64,000 bases of DNA from Balanoglossus misakiensis (lineage: Eukaryota; Animalia; Hemichordata), in assembly GCA_040954595.2 (NCBI GenBank), contig CM082586.2, positions 11,005,337 through 11,069,336 on the forward strand, given 5' to 3'. The position numbers and the translations under genes were made by a program. Below, one piece after another: positions 11,669 through 25,315 of the stretch. The notes beneath the pieces are model-generated. The model searched no databases. It was not told the DNA's origin and saw only the letters and a list, made by a program, of their open reading frames with translations. Within the stretch, counting starts at the first letter, position 1, and each line of letters opens with the position of its first letter.

Positions 11669-11771
11669 GTAAGTTGATATTTTTGAAAACAATTAAACTG
11701 CCATTGTAGTGCACACTTAGGAGACGGATTTTCAGAAAAATGTTAGTCCTCTGAACCTTTCAGTGCTTTAA

Positions 11772-12071
11772 AGCCACTAGAGCTGCCACTTTTTGCATTT
11801 ATTTTCAGATTTTATTTTCCGACGTAGATTGGTACATTGAAATAATTAAGCTTACTGATAGGGATACAAGAACATGTCATCAATGCCTGATTGTGGCTGT
11901 ATGTTGCAATTTAAACGTGCAATGTATTAAACAGGTGCCGTACCCATTTTATTAAAATCAGCCTCCATACAAACAGTATGCAGCTAGCTATCGTGGTATG
12001 CATCACCATAGATTTGAAAGGTTTTACTGTGGAAAAGAAAAAAATTGTGAAATTTGGCAGCTCTAGAGGCT
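11772..12071. mobile_element. Kolobok-like non-autonomous element
   Basis: TTAA | agccactagagctgcca...tggcagctctagaggct | TTAA. Confidence 0.85.
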
Positions 12072-12372
12072 TTAAAGTGTGTGATGAGTCGTTTTGAAAA
12101 CAAAGTATAACACAGGGTGTTCACTGTCATGTTTTCATAAAAATCACTGACTCAAGTTGAAATTCTCTCCATAGCGTTATGATGGGGCACTTTGTGCTGG
12201 TTGCTACATTCCACATGGGTGTCTAATTGGGACATTACACACTGAATGTTAAACCAGACACTGGTAACTTGAAAATATGCAGGATTGTGAGGGTTACTGC
12301 TACATGTCCCTTTAAACCATTTTCCTAGTATTAACACACTTGTAATGTTATCTGTTCATCTTATCCAAACAG

Positions 12373-12555
12373 CTCGCGAGTGTCCACCACCGAATGTAGA
12401 CAACTACTTATCATATGAAATTGTTAATGGTGATTCATTGATTTTTGGAACAACCATTGCCTACTCATGTCCATCTGGCTACAGTCTGACTGGCTACACT
12501 GTCTCTACATGTGGTGAAGATGGATCATGGATTGGAGATCCAGGATACTGTCAAC
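12373..12555 (+). CDS. Exon: sushi/CCP domain
   Basis: aacAG | RECPPPNVDNYLSYEIVNGDSLIFGTTIAYSCPSGYSLTGYTVSTCGEDGSWIGDPGYCQ | GTaagt. Confidence 0.92.
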
Positions 12556-12865
12556 GTAAGTCATTTAAGGATGTACATTCAGTAAAATTGAAAATATGGT
12601 CATTTCTTTTAATTGTTAATTTTTGGATTATCCTATGTATGTATAATGAAAATTTGTGATAAAATATAGGGGTCACCACGCTTGTTTTTGAAATACAGAG
12701 TCATGAATTTAGTCGATAATTGAAAAAAAGGAGTCAATGGTATCTGGACTTTTATAGTGGGAACTTGGGGTGAAAATGTTAAAGTTGTGACAGAATACAG
12801 ATACCCAATATATATACCACAATCAAGTCTGCATCCACATAGTGTTTTATTTTTTTTACTTGCAG

Positions 12866-13048
12866 GATTGAACTGCAGTGATATACTCATAACAGACCCA
12901 CATCTACAAGCTGTCCCTGATAGTGGACCATATTATATGGGCAGTAACATCACATTCTATTGTAATGCTGGCTATGAATTAAATGGTGCTGATTACCTGA
13001 CTTGTCAATCCGATTTACAGTGGAATAGTGCAATACCATCATGCATTG
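12866..13048 (+). CDS. Exon: sushi/CCP domain
   Basis: tgcAG | LNCSDILITDPHLQAVPDSGPYYMGSNITFYCNAGYELNGADYLTCQSDLQWNSAIPSCI | GTaagt. Confidence 0.92.
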
Positions 13049-13239
13049 GTAAGTTCACATCAAGATTGGTCTTCATGTGGTTGTCTGCTTATGAGGTACC
13101 GTAATCGATCACTCCAGTAATTTGACTATTTATCATAAATGTCACCTAAACTACATGCTGATAGGACATACAGTTCATGCCATGCAAATCTATGGCTGTC
13201 AGAAATTTCATGATTTTCGTAATTTTATTTTTCATTGAT

Positions 13240-13436
13240 TACTGTAAAACAGGAAATTTTCGCGACAAAGAAATTTTTTGCGATATCAAAAGCAGAAACT
13301 GTTATGAGACGATTAATTTTCATGTTCTCGTATTTCACTACATTGTTATCACTGAAAATAGTTTTTTACGCAAAAATGTCTTTTTTTTTTTGGCTCTTGC
13401 ATAGTTCGCGAAAATTTGTTTGTGAAAATTTCCTGT
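13240..13436. mobile_element. MITE, TA-CTGTAAAA family, right end damaged
   Basis: TActgtaaaacaggaaattttcgcgac...gaaaatttcctgtt; colinear with the 9736 copy. Confidence 0.7.
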
Positions 13437-13526
13437 TGGTCTGGTGGTTCCCAGCTAAACTTGTTGGTCTGAATTTACCAGCGGACCTGTGGGATTTTGA
13501 TCATATCTTGATAAATAACATTTCAG

Positions 13527-13655
13527 ATATCAATGAATGTAGTACATTGGTGGCACGGTGTGGAATCAATCAAGTCTGTGAAAATAGAGATGGTGACTAT
13601 CAGTGTGCATGTTTGGTGGGATTTGAACCAGATGTGAATAGAACAGCATGCAAAG
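13527..13655 (+). CDS. Exon: calcium-binding EGF domain
   Basis: ttcAG | DINECSTLVARCGINQVCENRDGDYQCACLVGFEPDVNRTACK | GTgaga. Confidence 0.92.
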
Positions 13656-14176
13656 GTGAGACATAATCAAGTCACTTGCAACATAACTTCAAGTCACTAT
13701 TTTCACATTTAACACATTCCGAACTTATTTCAGAATTCCGGATAAATTTTTGGAATGACCTTTTAATCTCAGGTGTCTTTTTCTCATAGGATTACATTGA
13801 TAATTGCTAGAAAACAAACTTCTACTATTGTCATTTTCACGAAATTTTACACATAGCTCAGTCTAGTAAATATAAATTCATTGGTCAAATAAAATTGTGT
13901 GATTACAATGCTCTATTTTGAGATAAATTTCTTTAAGGTTTTTGTCCATAGACAAACCATTGGTGAACCATGCTGAGTCAGCAGGTTTCTTCTATTATCA
14001 ACTAAATTAATGGCCTTGTATTTCAAAAGCAAGCAAGGTGACGCCTTTATTTTATCACAGATTCATCTTGTACGTACACAAGATAATCCCAAAATTCACG
14101 ATTAAAAGAAATGACAATACTTTCAATTTTACTGAACGTACATTGTTTTAATCCAATCCATGTTCCTTCTTTGTAG

Positions 14177-14362
14177 ATATAAATGAATGTGCTTCACATT
14201 CTTGTGATCAACTTTGTAAAAACACTGCAGGTGGTTTTCAATGTTCCTGTGAAGAAGGCTATCTCTTATATGCAAATAACGGCACAGGTGGATTCTATCT
14301 GCCACCTGGAGAAACTGGTCTCTCAATGTATGATGTCTACACTTTTAACCAATCATGTGTTC
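14177..14362 (+). CDS. Exon: calcium-binding EGF domain with an uninflatable-type long insert
   Basis: ttgtAG | DINECASHSCDQLCKNTAGGFQCSCEEGYLLYANNGTGGFYLPPGETGLSMYDVYTFNQSCV | GTaagt. Confidence 0.92.
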
Positions 14363-14877
14363 GTAAGTATCATGTTAAACTATAGAGTTAAAGGTATATG
14401 ATCACCCATGGAAAATTAGCTATATATAGTTACCATGGAAAATTGAAATCTAGCCAATCACAGATTTTCATTTGGTGGCACACGTGGAAAACAGGCGCCA
14501 CCATATGTTCTTTAGAATGCTCAAATACGCCATTCAGCCATATATGGGAATGTGTATTGAAGGTGACTGTATACTTTTAACCAAGATTTGTCATATTATT
14601 GACCTTTATACCGCAATGAATTTGCAGCAACAAAAAGTGGACAAAAAGCTGAATTTCATAATTGGATTTCATAATTTTGCCGTAATTCAATAATGAAATG
14701 TGGAGAAAGTCAGCAGACCAACTTTGCACTGTTATTATTTATTTTGGATTTGTTTCCCTCCTGCTAACAAAAGTGTCCTCTCACCTCATGGCATGAAGAT
14801 GCATTGAATTCTGAGAAAAAGGGGATTAATACTTGAGTGTATTTACAAAGACAAACAAGCTCACTGGTAGCATTTAA

Positions 14878-14984
14878 AGGGGAAGTCCGGTTCAGCTACA
14901 TAATTGGGTAGCTTTGAGGTCATTCTTTCAGAAAAAAACATTGTGTAGAAATTATGCATAAATCAGCTGGACAGGACTTCCCTT
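14878..14984. mobile_element. Short Kolobok-like element
   Basis: TTAA | aggggaagtcc...ggacttccctt | TTAA; its left end matches the insertion that starts at 11249. Confidence 0.7.
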
Positions 14985-17900
14985 TTAATATTTCCAAGCA
15001 AGGCAATTGGTTTACTGCAACAATTACTTTGAAAACACAGTGTAAAACAACAATCATGATATGAATGTTACTTTAATAGATAGTCATACTTATATAAGCA
15101 TGACTGTCTATGTTGGTCTGTAAGTTGTATTTGAAAGAAAAGTTTCATGTACGAATAGTACAAAGATTGACATTTAGTCCACAAATCCCTGAAATGAGAC
15201 AGCCACGACCTACCATTAACATTAACCAGAGCACACAGTAACCAGGCCAGAGTGGCCAGTATCGTGCCCATTAATTTTGAGTGTTTGATGGGGGTCAACC
15301 TTTGCGTCAACATTAACCAGAGCACACAGTAACCAGGCCGTAGTGGACAGTGTTCTGCCCATTAATTTTGAGTGTTTGGTGGGGTCAACCTTTGCGTCAA
15401 CATTAACCAGAGCACACAGTAACCAGGCCATAGTGGACAGTGTGCTGCCCATTAATTTTGAGTGTTTGGTGGGGTCAACCTTTGCGTCAACATTAACCAG
15501 AGCACACAGTAACCAGGCCGTAGTGGACAGTGTTCTGCCCATTAATTTTGAGTGTTTGGTGGGGTCAACCTTTGCGTCAACATTAACCAGAGCACACAGT
15601 AACCAGGCCGTAGTGGACAGTGTTCTGCCCATTAATTTTGAGTGTTTGGTGGGGTCAACCTTTGCGTCAACATTAACCAGAGCACACAGTAACCAGGCCG
15701 TAGTGGACAGTGTTCTGCCCATTAATTTTGAGTGTTTGGTGGGGTCAACCTTTGCGTCAACATTAACTAGGCCAGAGTGGCCAGTATCGTGCCCATTAAT
15801 TTTGAGTGTTTGGTGGGGTCAACCTTTGCGTCAACATTAACTAGGCCAGAGTGGCCAGTATCGTGCCCATTAATTTTGAGTGTTTGGTGGGGTCAACCTT
15901 TGCGTCAACATTAACTAGGCCAGAGTGGCCAGTATCGTGCCCATTAATTTTGAGTGTTTGGTGGGGTCAACCTTTGCGTCAACATTAACTAGGCCAGAGT
16001 GGCCAGTATCGTGCCCATTAATTTTGAGTGTTTGGTGGGGGTCAACCTTTGCGTCAACATTAACCAGAGCACACAGTAACCAGGCCGTAGTGGACAGTGT
16101 TCTGCCCATTAATTTTGAGTGTTTGGTGGGGTCAACCTTTGCGTCACCATTAACCAGAGCACACAGTAACCAGGCCGTAGTGGACAGTGTGCTGCCCATT
16201 AATTTTGAGTGTTTGGTGGGGTCAACCTTTGCGTCAACATTAACCAGAGCACACAGTAACCAGGCCATAGTGGACAGTGTTCTGCCCATTAATTTTGAGT
16301 GTTTGGTGGGGTCAACCTTTGCGTCAACATTAACCAGAGCACACAGTAACCAGGCCGTAGTGGACAGTGTTCTGCCCATTAATTTTGAGTGTTTGGTGGG
16401 GTCAACCTTTGCGTCAACATTAACCAGAGCACACAGTAACCAGGCCGTAGTGGACAGTGTTCTGCCCATTAATTTTGAGTGTTTGGTGGGGTCAACCTTT
16501 GCGTCAACATTAACCAGAGCACACAGTAACCAGGCCTTAGTGGACAGTGTTCTGCCCATTAATTTTGAGTGTTTGGTGGGGTCAACCTTTGCGTCAACAT
16601 TAACCAGAGCACACAGTAACCAGGCCGTAGTGGACAGTGTTCTGCCCATTAATTTTGAGTGTTTGGTGGGGTCAACCTTTGCGTCAACATTAACCAGAGC
16701 ACACAGTAACCAGGCCATAGTGGACAGTGTGCTGCCCATTAATTTTGAGTGTTTGGTGGGGTCAACCTTTGCGTCAACATTAACCAGAGCACACAGTAAC
16801 CAGGCCGTAGTGGACAGTGTTCTGCCCATTAATTTTGAGTGTTTGGTGGGGTCAACCTTTGCGTCAACATTAACCAGAGCACACAGTAACCAGGCCATAG
16901 TGGACAGTGTTCTGCCCATTAATTTTGAGTGTTTGGTGGGGTCAACCTTTGCGTCAACATTAACCAGAGCACACAGTAACCAGGCCGTAGTGGACAGTGT
17001 TCTGCCCATTAATTTTGAGTGTTTGGTGGGGTCAACCTTTGCGTCAACATTAACCAGAGCACACAGTAACCAGGCCAGAGTGGCCAGTATCGTGCCCATT
17101 AATTTTGAGTGTTTGATGGGGGTCAACCTTTGCGTCAACATTAACCAGAGCACACAGTAACCAGGCCGTAGTGGACAGTGTTCTGCCCATTAATTTTGAG
17201 TGTTTGGTGGGGTCAACCTTTGCGTCAACATTAACCAGAGCACACAGTAACCAGGCCATAGTGGACAGTGTGCTGCCCATTAATTTTGAGTGTTTGGTGG
17301 GGTCAACCTTTGCGTCAACATTAACCAGAGCACACAGAAACCAGGCCGTAGTGGACAGTGTTCTGCCCATTAATTTTGAGTGTTTGGTGGGGTCAACCTT
17401 TGCGTCAACATTAACCAGAGCACACAGTAACCAGGCCGTAGTGGACAGTGTTCTGCCCATTAATTTTGAGTGTTTGGTGGGGTCAACCTTTGCGTCAACA
17501 TTAACCAGAGCACACAGTAACCAGGCCATAGTGGACAGTGTGCTGCCCATTAATTTTGAGTGTTTGGTGGGGTCAACCTTTGCGTCAACATTAACCAGAG
17601 CACACAGTAACCAGGCCGTAGTGGACAGTGTTCTGCCCATTAATTTTGAGTGTTTGGTGGGGTCAACCTTTGCGTCAACATTAACCAGAGCACACAGTAA
17701 CCAGGCCATAGTGGACAGTGTTCTGCCCATTAATTTTGAGTGTTTGGTGGGGTCAACCTTTGCGTCAACATTAACCAGAGCACACAGTAACCAGGCCGTA
17801 GTGGACAGTGTTCTGCCCATTAATTTTGAGTGTTTGGTGGGGTCAACCTTTGCGTCAACATTAACCAGAGCACACAGTAACCAGGCCAGAGTGGCCAGTA

Positions 17901-20900
17901 TCGTGCCCATTAATTTTGAGTGTTTGATGGGGGTCAACCTTTGCGTCAACATTAACCAGAGCACACAGTAACCAGGCCGTAGTGGACAGTGTTCTGCCCA
18001 TTAATTTTGAGTGTTTGGTGGGGTCAACCTTTGCGTCAACATTAACCAGAGCACACAGTAACCAGGCCATAGTGGACAGTGTGCTGCCCATTAATTTTGA
18101 GTGTTTGGTGGGGTCAACCTTTGCGTCAACATTAACCAGAGCACACAGTAACCAGGCCGTAGTGGACAGTGTTCTGCCCATTAATTTTGAGTGTTTGGTG
18201 GGGTCAACCTTTGCGTCAACATTAACCAGAGCACACAGTAACCAGGCCGTAGTGGACAGTGTTCTGCCCATTAATTTTGAGTGTTTGGTGGGGTCAACCT
18301 TTGCGTCAACATTAACCAGAGCACACAGTAACCAGGCCGTAGTGGACAGTGTTCTGCCCATTAATTTTGAGTGTTTGGTGGGGTCAACCTTTGCGTCAAC
18401 ATTAACTAGGCCAGAGTGGCCAGTATCGTGCCCATTAATTTTGAGTGTTTGGTGGGGTCAACCTTTGCGTCAACATTAACTAGGCCAGAGTGGCCAGTAT
18501 CGTGCCCATTAATTTTGAGTGTTTGGTGGGGTCAACCTTTGCGTCAACATTAACTAGGCCAGAGTGGCCAGTATCGTGCCCATTAATTTTGAGTGTTTGG
18601 TGGGGTCAACCTTTGCGTCAACATTAACCAGAGCACACAGTAACCAGGCCGTAGTGGACAGTGTTCTGCCCATTAATTTTGAGTGTTTGGTGGGGTCAAC
18701 CTTTGCGTCAACATTAACCAGAGCAAACAGTAACCAGGCCATAGTGGACAGTGTGCTGCCCATTAATTTTGAGTGTTTGGTGGGGTCAACCTTTGCGTCA
18801 ACATTAACCAGAGCACACAGTAACCACGCCATAGTGGACAGTGTTCTGCCCATTAATTTTGAGTGTTTGGTGGGGTCAACCTTTGCGTCAACATTAACCA
18901 GAGCACACAGTAACCAGGCCGTAGTGGACAGTGTTCTGCCCATTAATTTTGAGTGTTTGGTGGGGTCAACCTTTGCGTCAACATTAACCAGAGCACACAG
19001 TAACCAGGCCGTAGTGGACAGTGTTCTGCCCATTAATTTTGAGTGTTTGGTGGGGTCAACCTTTGCGTCAACATTAACCAGAGCACACAGTAACCAGGCC
19101 ATAGTGGACAGTGTTCTGCCCATTAATTTTGAGTGTTTGGTGGGGTCAACCTTTGCGTCAACATTAACCAGAGCACACAGTAACCAGGCCGTAGTGGACA
19201 GTGTTCTGCCCATTAATTTTGAGTGTTTGGTGGGGTCAACCTTTGCGTCAACATTAACCAGAGCGCACAGTAACCAGGCCATAGTGGACAGTGTTCTGCC
19301 CATTAATTTTGAGTGTTTGGTGGGGTCAACCTTTGCGTCAACATTAACCAGAGCACACAGTAACCAGGCCGTAGTGGACAGTGTTCTGCCCATTAATTTT
19401 GAGTGTTTGGTGGGGTCAACCTTTGCGTCAACATTAACCAGAGCACACAGTAACCAGGCCATAGTGGACAGTGTGCTGCCCATTAATTTTGAGTGTTTGG
19501 TGGGGTCAACCTTTGCGTCAACATTAACCAGAGCACACAGTAACCAGGCCGTAGTGGACAGTGTTCTGCCCATTAATTTTGAGTGTTTGGTGGGGTCAAC
19601 CTTTGCGTCAACATTAACCAGAGCACACAGTAACCAGGCCATAGTGGACAGTGTTCTGCCCATTAATTTTGAGTGTTTGGTGGGGTCAACCTTTGCGTCA
19701 ACATTAACCAGAGCACACAGTAACCAGGCCGTAGTGGACAGTGTTCTGCCCATTAATTTTGAGTGTTTGGTGGGGTCAACCTTTGCGTCAACATTAACCA
19801 GAGCACACAGTAACCAGGCCGTAGTGGACAGTGTTCTGCCCATTAATTTTGAGTGTTTGGTGGGGTCAACCTTTGCGTCAACATTAACCAGAGCACACAG
19901 TAACCAGGCCGTAGTGGACAGTGTTCTGCCCATTAATTTTGAGTGTTTGGTGGGGTCAACCTTTGCGTCAACATTAACCAGAGCACACAGTAACCAGGCC
20001 ATAGTGGACAGTGTTCTGCCCATTAATTTTGAGTGTTTGGTGGGGTCAACCTTTGCGTCAACATTAACCAGAGCACACAGTAACCAGGCCATAGTGGACA
20101 GTGTTCTGCCCATTAATTTTGAGTGTTTGGTGGGGTCAACCTTTGCGTCAACATTAACCAGAGCACACAGTAACCAGGCCGTAGTGGACAGTGTTCTGCC
20201 CATTAATTTTGAGTGTTTGGTGGGGTCAACCTTTGCGTCAACATTAACCAGAGCACACAGTAACCAGGCCGTAGTGGACAGTGTTCTGCCCATTAATTTT
20301 GAGTGTTTGGTGGGGTCAACCTTTGCGTCAACATTAACCAGAGCACACAGTAACCAGGCCATAGTGGACAGTGTTCTGCCCATTAGTTTTGAGTGTTTGG
20401 TGGGGTCAACCTTTGCGTCAACATTAACCAGAGCACACAGTAACCAGGCCGTAGTGGACAGTGTTCTGCCCATTAATTTTGAGTGTTTGGTGGGGTCAAC
20501 CTTTGCGTCAACATTAACCAGAGCACACAGTAACCAGGCCGTAGTGGACAGTGTTCTGCCCATTAATTTTGAGTGTTTGGTGGGGTCAACCTTTGCGTCA
20601 ACATTAACCAGAGCACACAGTAACCAGGCCGTAGTGGACAGTGTTCTGCCCATTAATTTTGAGTGTTTGGTGGGGTCAACCTTTGCGTCAACATTAACCA
20701 GAGCACACAGTAACCAGGCCGTAGTGGACAGTGTTCTGCCCATTAATTTTGAGTGTTTGGTGGGGTCAACCTTTGCGTCAACATTAACCAGAGCACACAG
20801 TAACCAGGCCGTAGTGGACAGTGTTCTGCCCATTAATTTTGAGTGTTTGGTGGGGTCAACCTTTGCGTCAACATTAACCAGAGCACACAGTAACCAGGCC

Positions 20901-23900
20901 ATAGTGGACAGTGTTCTGCCCATTAATTTTGAGTGTTTGGTGGGGTCAACCTTTGCGTCAACATTAACCAGAGCACACAGTAACCAGGCCGTAGTGGACA
21001 GTGTTCTGCCCATTAATTTTGAGTGTTTGGTGGGGTCAACCTTTGCGTCAACATTAACCAGAGCACACAGTAACCAGGCCGTAGTGGACAGTGTTCTGCC
21101 CATTAATTTTGAGTGTTTGGTGGGGTCAACCTTTGCGTCAACATTAACCAGAGCACACAGTAACCAGGCCGTAGTGGACAGTGTTCTGCCCATTAATTTT
21201 GAGTGTTTGGTGGGGTCAACCTTTGCGTCAACATTAACCAGAGCACACAGTAACCAGGCCGTAGTGGACAGTGTTCTGCCCATTAATTTTGAGTGTTTGG
21301 TGGGGTCAACCTTTGCGTCAACATTAACCAGAGCACACAGTAACCAGGCCGTAGTGGACAGTGTTCTGCCCATTAATTTTGAGTGTTTGGTGGGGTCAAC
21401 CTTTGCGTCAACATTAACCAGAGCACACAGTAACCAGGCCGTAGTGGACAGTGTTCTGCCCATTAATTTTGAGTGTTTGGTGGGGTCAACCTTTGCGTCA
21501 ACATTAACCAGAGCACACAGTAACCAGGCCATAGTGGACAGTGTTCTGCCCATTAATTTTGAGTGTTTGGTGGGGTCAACCTTTGCGTCAACATTAACCA
21601 GAGCACACAGTAACCAGGCCGTAGTGGACAGTGTTCTGCCCATTAATTTTGAGTGTTTGGTGGGGTCAACCTTTGCGTCAACATTAACCAGAGCACACAG
21701 TAACCAGGCCGTAGTGGACAGTGTTCTGCCCATTAATTTTGAGTGTTTGGTGGGGTCAACCTTTGCGTCAACATTAACCAGAGCACACAGTAACCAGGCC
21801 ATAGTGGACAGTGTTCTGCCCATTAGTTTTGAGTGTTTGGTGGGGTCAACCTTTGCGTCAACATTAACCAGAGCACACAGTAACCAGGCCGTAGTGGACA
21901 GTGTTCTGCCCATTAATTTTGAGTGTTTGGTGGGGTCAACCTTTGCGTCAACATTAACCAGAGCACACAGTAACCAGGCCATAGTGGACAGTGTTCTGCC
22001 CATTAATTTTGAGTGTTTGGTGGGGTCAACCTTTGCGTCAACATTAACCAGAGCACACAGTAACCAGGCCGTAGTGGACAGTGTTCTGCCCATTAATTTT
22101 GAGTGTTTGGTGGGGTCAACCTTTGCGTCAACATTAACCAGAGCACACAGTAACCAGGCCATAGTGGACAGTGTGCTGCCCATTAATTTTGAGTGTTTGG
22201 TGGGGTCAACCTTTGCGTCAACATTAACCAGAGCACACAGTAACCAGGCCATAGTGGACAGTGTTCTGCCCATTAATTTTGAGTGTTTGGTGGGGTCAAC
22301 CTTTGCGTCAACATTAACCAGAGCACACAGTAACCAGGCCGTAGTGGACAGTGTTCTGCCCATTAATTTTGAGTGTTTGGTGGGGTCAACCTTTGCGTCA
22401 ACATTAACCAGAGCACACAGTAACCAGGCCGTAGTGGACAGTGTTCTGCCCATTAATTTTGAGTGTTTGGTGGGGTCAACCTTTGCGTCAACATTAACCA
22501 GAGCACACAGTAACCAGGCCATAGTGGACAGTGTTCTGCCCATTAGTTTTGAGTGTTTGGTGGGGTCAACCTTTGCGTCAACATTAACCAGAGCACACAG
22601 TAACCAGGCCGTAGTGGACAGTGTTCTGCCCATTAATTTTGAGTGTTTGGTGGGGTCAACCTTTGCGTCAACATTAACCAGAGCACACAGTAACCAGGCC
22701 ATAGTGGACAGTGTTCTGCCCATTAATTTTGAGTGTTTGGTGGGGTCAACCTTTGCGTCAACATTAACCAGAGCACACAGTAACCAGGCCGTAGTGGACA
22801 GTGTTCTGCCCATTAATTTTGAGTGTTTGGTGGGGTCAACCTTTGCGTCAACATTAACCAGAGCACACAGTAACCAGGCCGTAGTGGACAGTGTTCTGCC
22901 CATTAATTTTGAGTGTTTGGTGGGGTCAACCTTTGCGTCAACATTAACCAGAGCACACAGTAACCAGGCCATAGTGGACAGTGTGCTGCCCATTAATTTT
23001 GAGTGTTTGGTGGGGTCAACCTTTGCGTCAACATTAACCAGAGCACACAGTAACCAGGCCATAGTGGACAGTGTGCTGCCCATTAATTTTGAGTGTTTGG
23101 TGGGGTCAACCTTTGCGTCAACATTAACCAGAGCACACAGTAACCAGGCCGTAGTGGACAGTGTTCTGCCCATTAATTTTGAGTGTTTGGTGGGGTCAAC
23201 CTTTGCGTCAACATTAACCAGAGCACACAGTAACCAGGCCGTAGTGGACAGTGTTCTGCCCATTAATTTTGAGTGTTTGGTGGGGTCAACCTTTGCGTCA
23301 ACATTAACCAGAGCACACAGTAACCAGGCCGTAGTGGACAGTGTTCTGCCCATTAATTTTGAGTGTTTGGTGGGGTCAACCTTTGCGTCAACATTAACCA
23401 GAGCACACAGTAACCAGGCCGTAGTGGACAGTGTTCTGCCCATTAATTTTGAGTGTTTGGTGGGGTCAACCTTTGCGTCAACATTAACCAGAGCACACAG
23501 TAACCAGGCCGTAGTGGACAGTGTTCTGCCCATTAATTTTGAGTGTTTGGTGGGGTCAACCTTTGCGTCAACATTAACCAGAGCACACAGTAACCAGGCC
23601 GTAGTGGACAGTGTTCTGCCCATTAATTTTGAGTGTTTGGTGGGGTCAACCTTTGCGTCAACATTAACCAGAGCACACAGTAACCAGGCCATAGTGGACA
23701 GTGTGCTGCCCATTAATTTTGAGTGTTTGGTGGGGTCAACCTTTGCGTCAACATTAACCAGAGCACACAGTAACCAGGCCATAGTGGACAGTGTTCTGCC
23801 CATTAATTTTGAGTGTTTGGTGGGGTCAACCTTTGCGTCAACATTAACCAGAGCACACAGTAACCAGGCCGTAGTGGACAGTGTTCTGCCCATTAATTTT

Positions 23901-24484
23901 GAGTGTTTGGTGGGGTCAACCTTTGCGTCAACATTAACCAGAGCACACAGTAACCAGGCCGTAGTGGACAGTGTTCTGCCCATTAATTTTGAGTGTTTGG
24001 TGGGGTCAACCTTTGCGTCAACATTAACCAGAGCACACAGTAACCAGGCCATAGTGGACAGTGTTCTGCCCATTAATTTTGAGTGTTTGGTGGGGTCAAC
24101 CTTTGCGTCAACATTAACCAGAGCACACAGTAACCAGGCCGTAGTGGACAGTGTTCTGCCCATTAATTTTGAGTGTTTGGTGGGGTCAACCTTTGCGTCA
24201 ACATTAACCAGAGCACACAGTAACCAGGCCATAGTGGACAGTGTGCTGCCCATTAATTTTGAGTGTTTGGTGGGGTCAACCTTTGCGTCAACATTAACCA
24301 GAGCACAGAGTAACCAGGCCATAGTGGACAGTGTTCTGCCCATTAATTTTGAGTGTTTGGTGGGGTCAACCTTTGCGTCAACATTAATCAGAGCACACAG
24401 TAACCAGGCCGTAGTGGACAGTGTTCTGCCCATTAATTTTGAGTGTTTGGTGGGGTCAACCTTTGCGTCAACATTAACCAGAGC

Positions 24485-25315
24485 CACGGTTACTAGAAGA
24501 AGACGGTTAGGAAACTATTTTTTCTCCATTGTTAGATGCTCGCCTCGGTAAACACTTAGTGTAAACGAAAGATATCAGGTGCTAACGAGCCTGGCCGTAC
24601 GAATAATGACGTCATTCCCCCACAATCCAAAGCAAACCATACTCGTGTTTACGGAATTGCTTGCACGCACAGTACGTAGACCACCAGAATTGAAGAAAAC
24701 AGAACAGAGGATGGATAATTTATAAAGTCACAACACATTTATGACAATTTTGAACTTTCAAGGACATGATGAAGCCATACATTCTTTGTCTTGACTGTGC
24801 CCTAGAGATTCGATGCGAACCAAAACAAACAAGATGGCCGCCAAAGGCTATATCGATAATGTTAAATTAACGACTGTATCGAAATGGGTATGCAATGAAT
24901 CTCAACGAAATATTCCAATTGGAATAAACGAAATAGCCCATGCAATACAAAAAGGTGTAAAATATCTAAATATATTTAAAAAAAACAGAAATGCGACCAT
25001 CAGGGTTGAATTCTAGGGGTTCAAAATTCGACGCTATTTGAATCCGGATTTTAAGTTAACCACCCAAGAAACAATGGTAGAGTGTCACAAGCCCAACAGA
25101 CTATGACCGTGCACTCCATAAGCCTATATGGAATTCGTACAAAAAAAAGTGGCGCTGTACTCTGACGAAAAAGGGCAGATGAAGGGGTTCAAAAATTAGC
25201 TACGTTCCCCAATACAACCCCACATAGCGGTTCGGACATGGACTCTCCTAGCTAACACCTCGTTCACACCTTCCGAACAATAGAGTTTCCTAACCGTCTT
25301 CTTCTAGTAACCGTG
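24485..25315. mobile_element. 831-bp non-autonomous TIR transposon inserted in the satellite (P/Galileo-like ends)
   Basis: Perfect 32-bp TIR CACGGTTACTAGAAGAAGACGGTTAGGAAACT; 7-bp TSD CCAGAGC at 24478-24484 and 25316-25322; no transposase ORF. Confidence 0.92.

Larger units (their letters stand above)
6208..14362 (+). pseudogene. Uninflatable/SVEP1-like extracellular gene (CUB x3, sushi x4, cbEGF x2), 11 exons, probably pseudogenised and truncated
   Basis: Phase-compatible GT-AG exons give the domain order CUB-CUB-CUB-CCP x4-EGF-EGF. The last EGF has the long insert GYLLYANNGTGGFYLPPGETG...YTFNQSCV, which I recall from uninflatable-type proteins. Lesions lie at 6810, 7613, about 11188 and 11249. 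Confidence 0.75.

Noticed and set aside
24485-24516. CACGGTT end as a RAG/Transib signal
   Set aside because: The TSD is 7 bp rather than 5 bp, and the TIRs are perfectly symmetric.
18554-24551. ORFs of about 2000 aa on both strands, and the other ORFs between 15 and 33 kb
   Set aside because: They follow from a 90-bp (multiple of 3) monomer that has no stop in two frames, which is expected by chance for 30 codons. Frames break at the 74-bp variants, and there is no unique domain or splice context.
24813-25016. 67-aa ORF inside the 831-bp element (also 28610-28813)
   Set aside because: Short, with no THAP or DDE motif recognisable.
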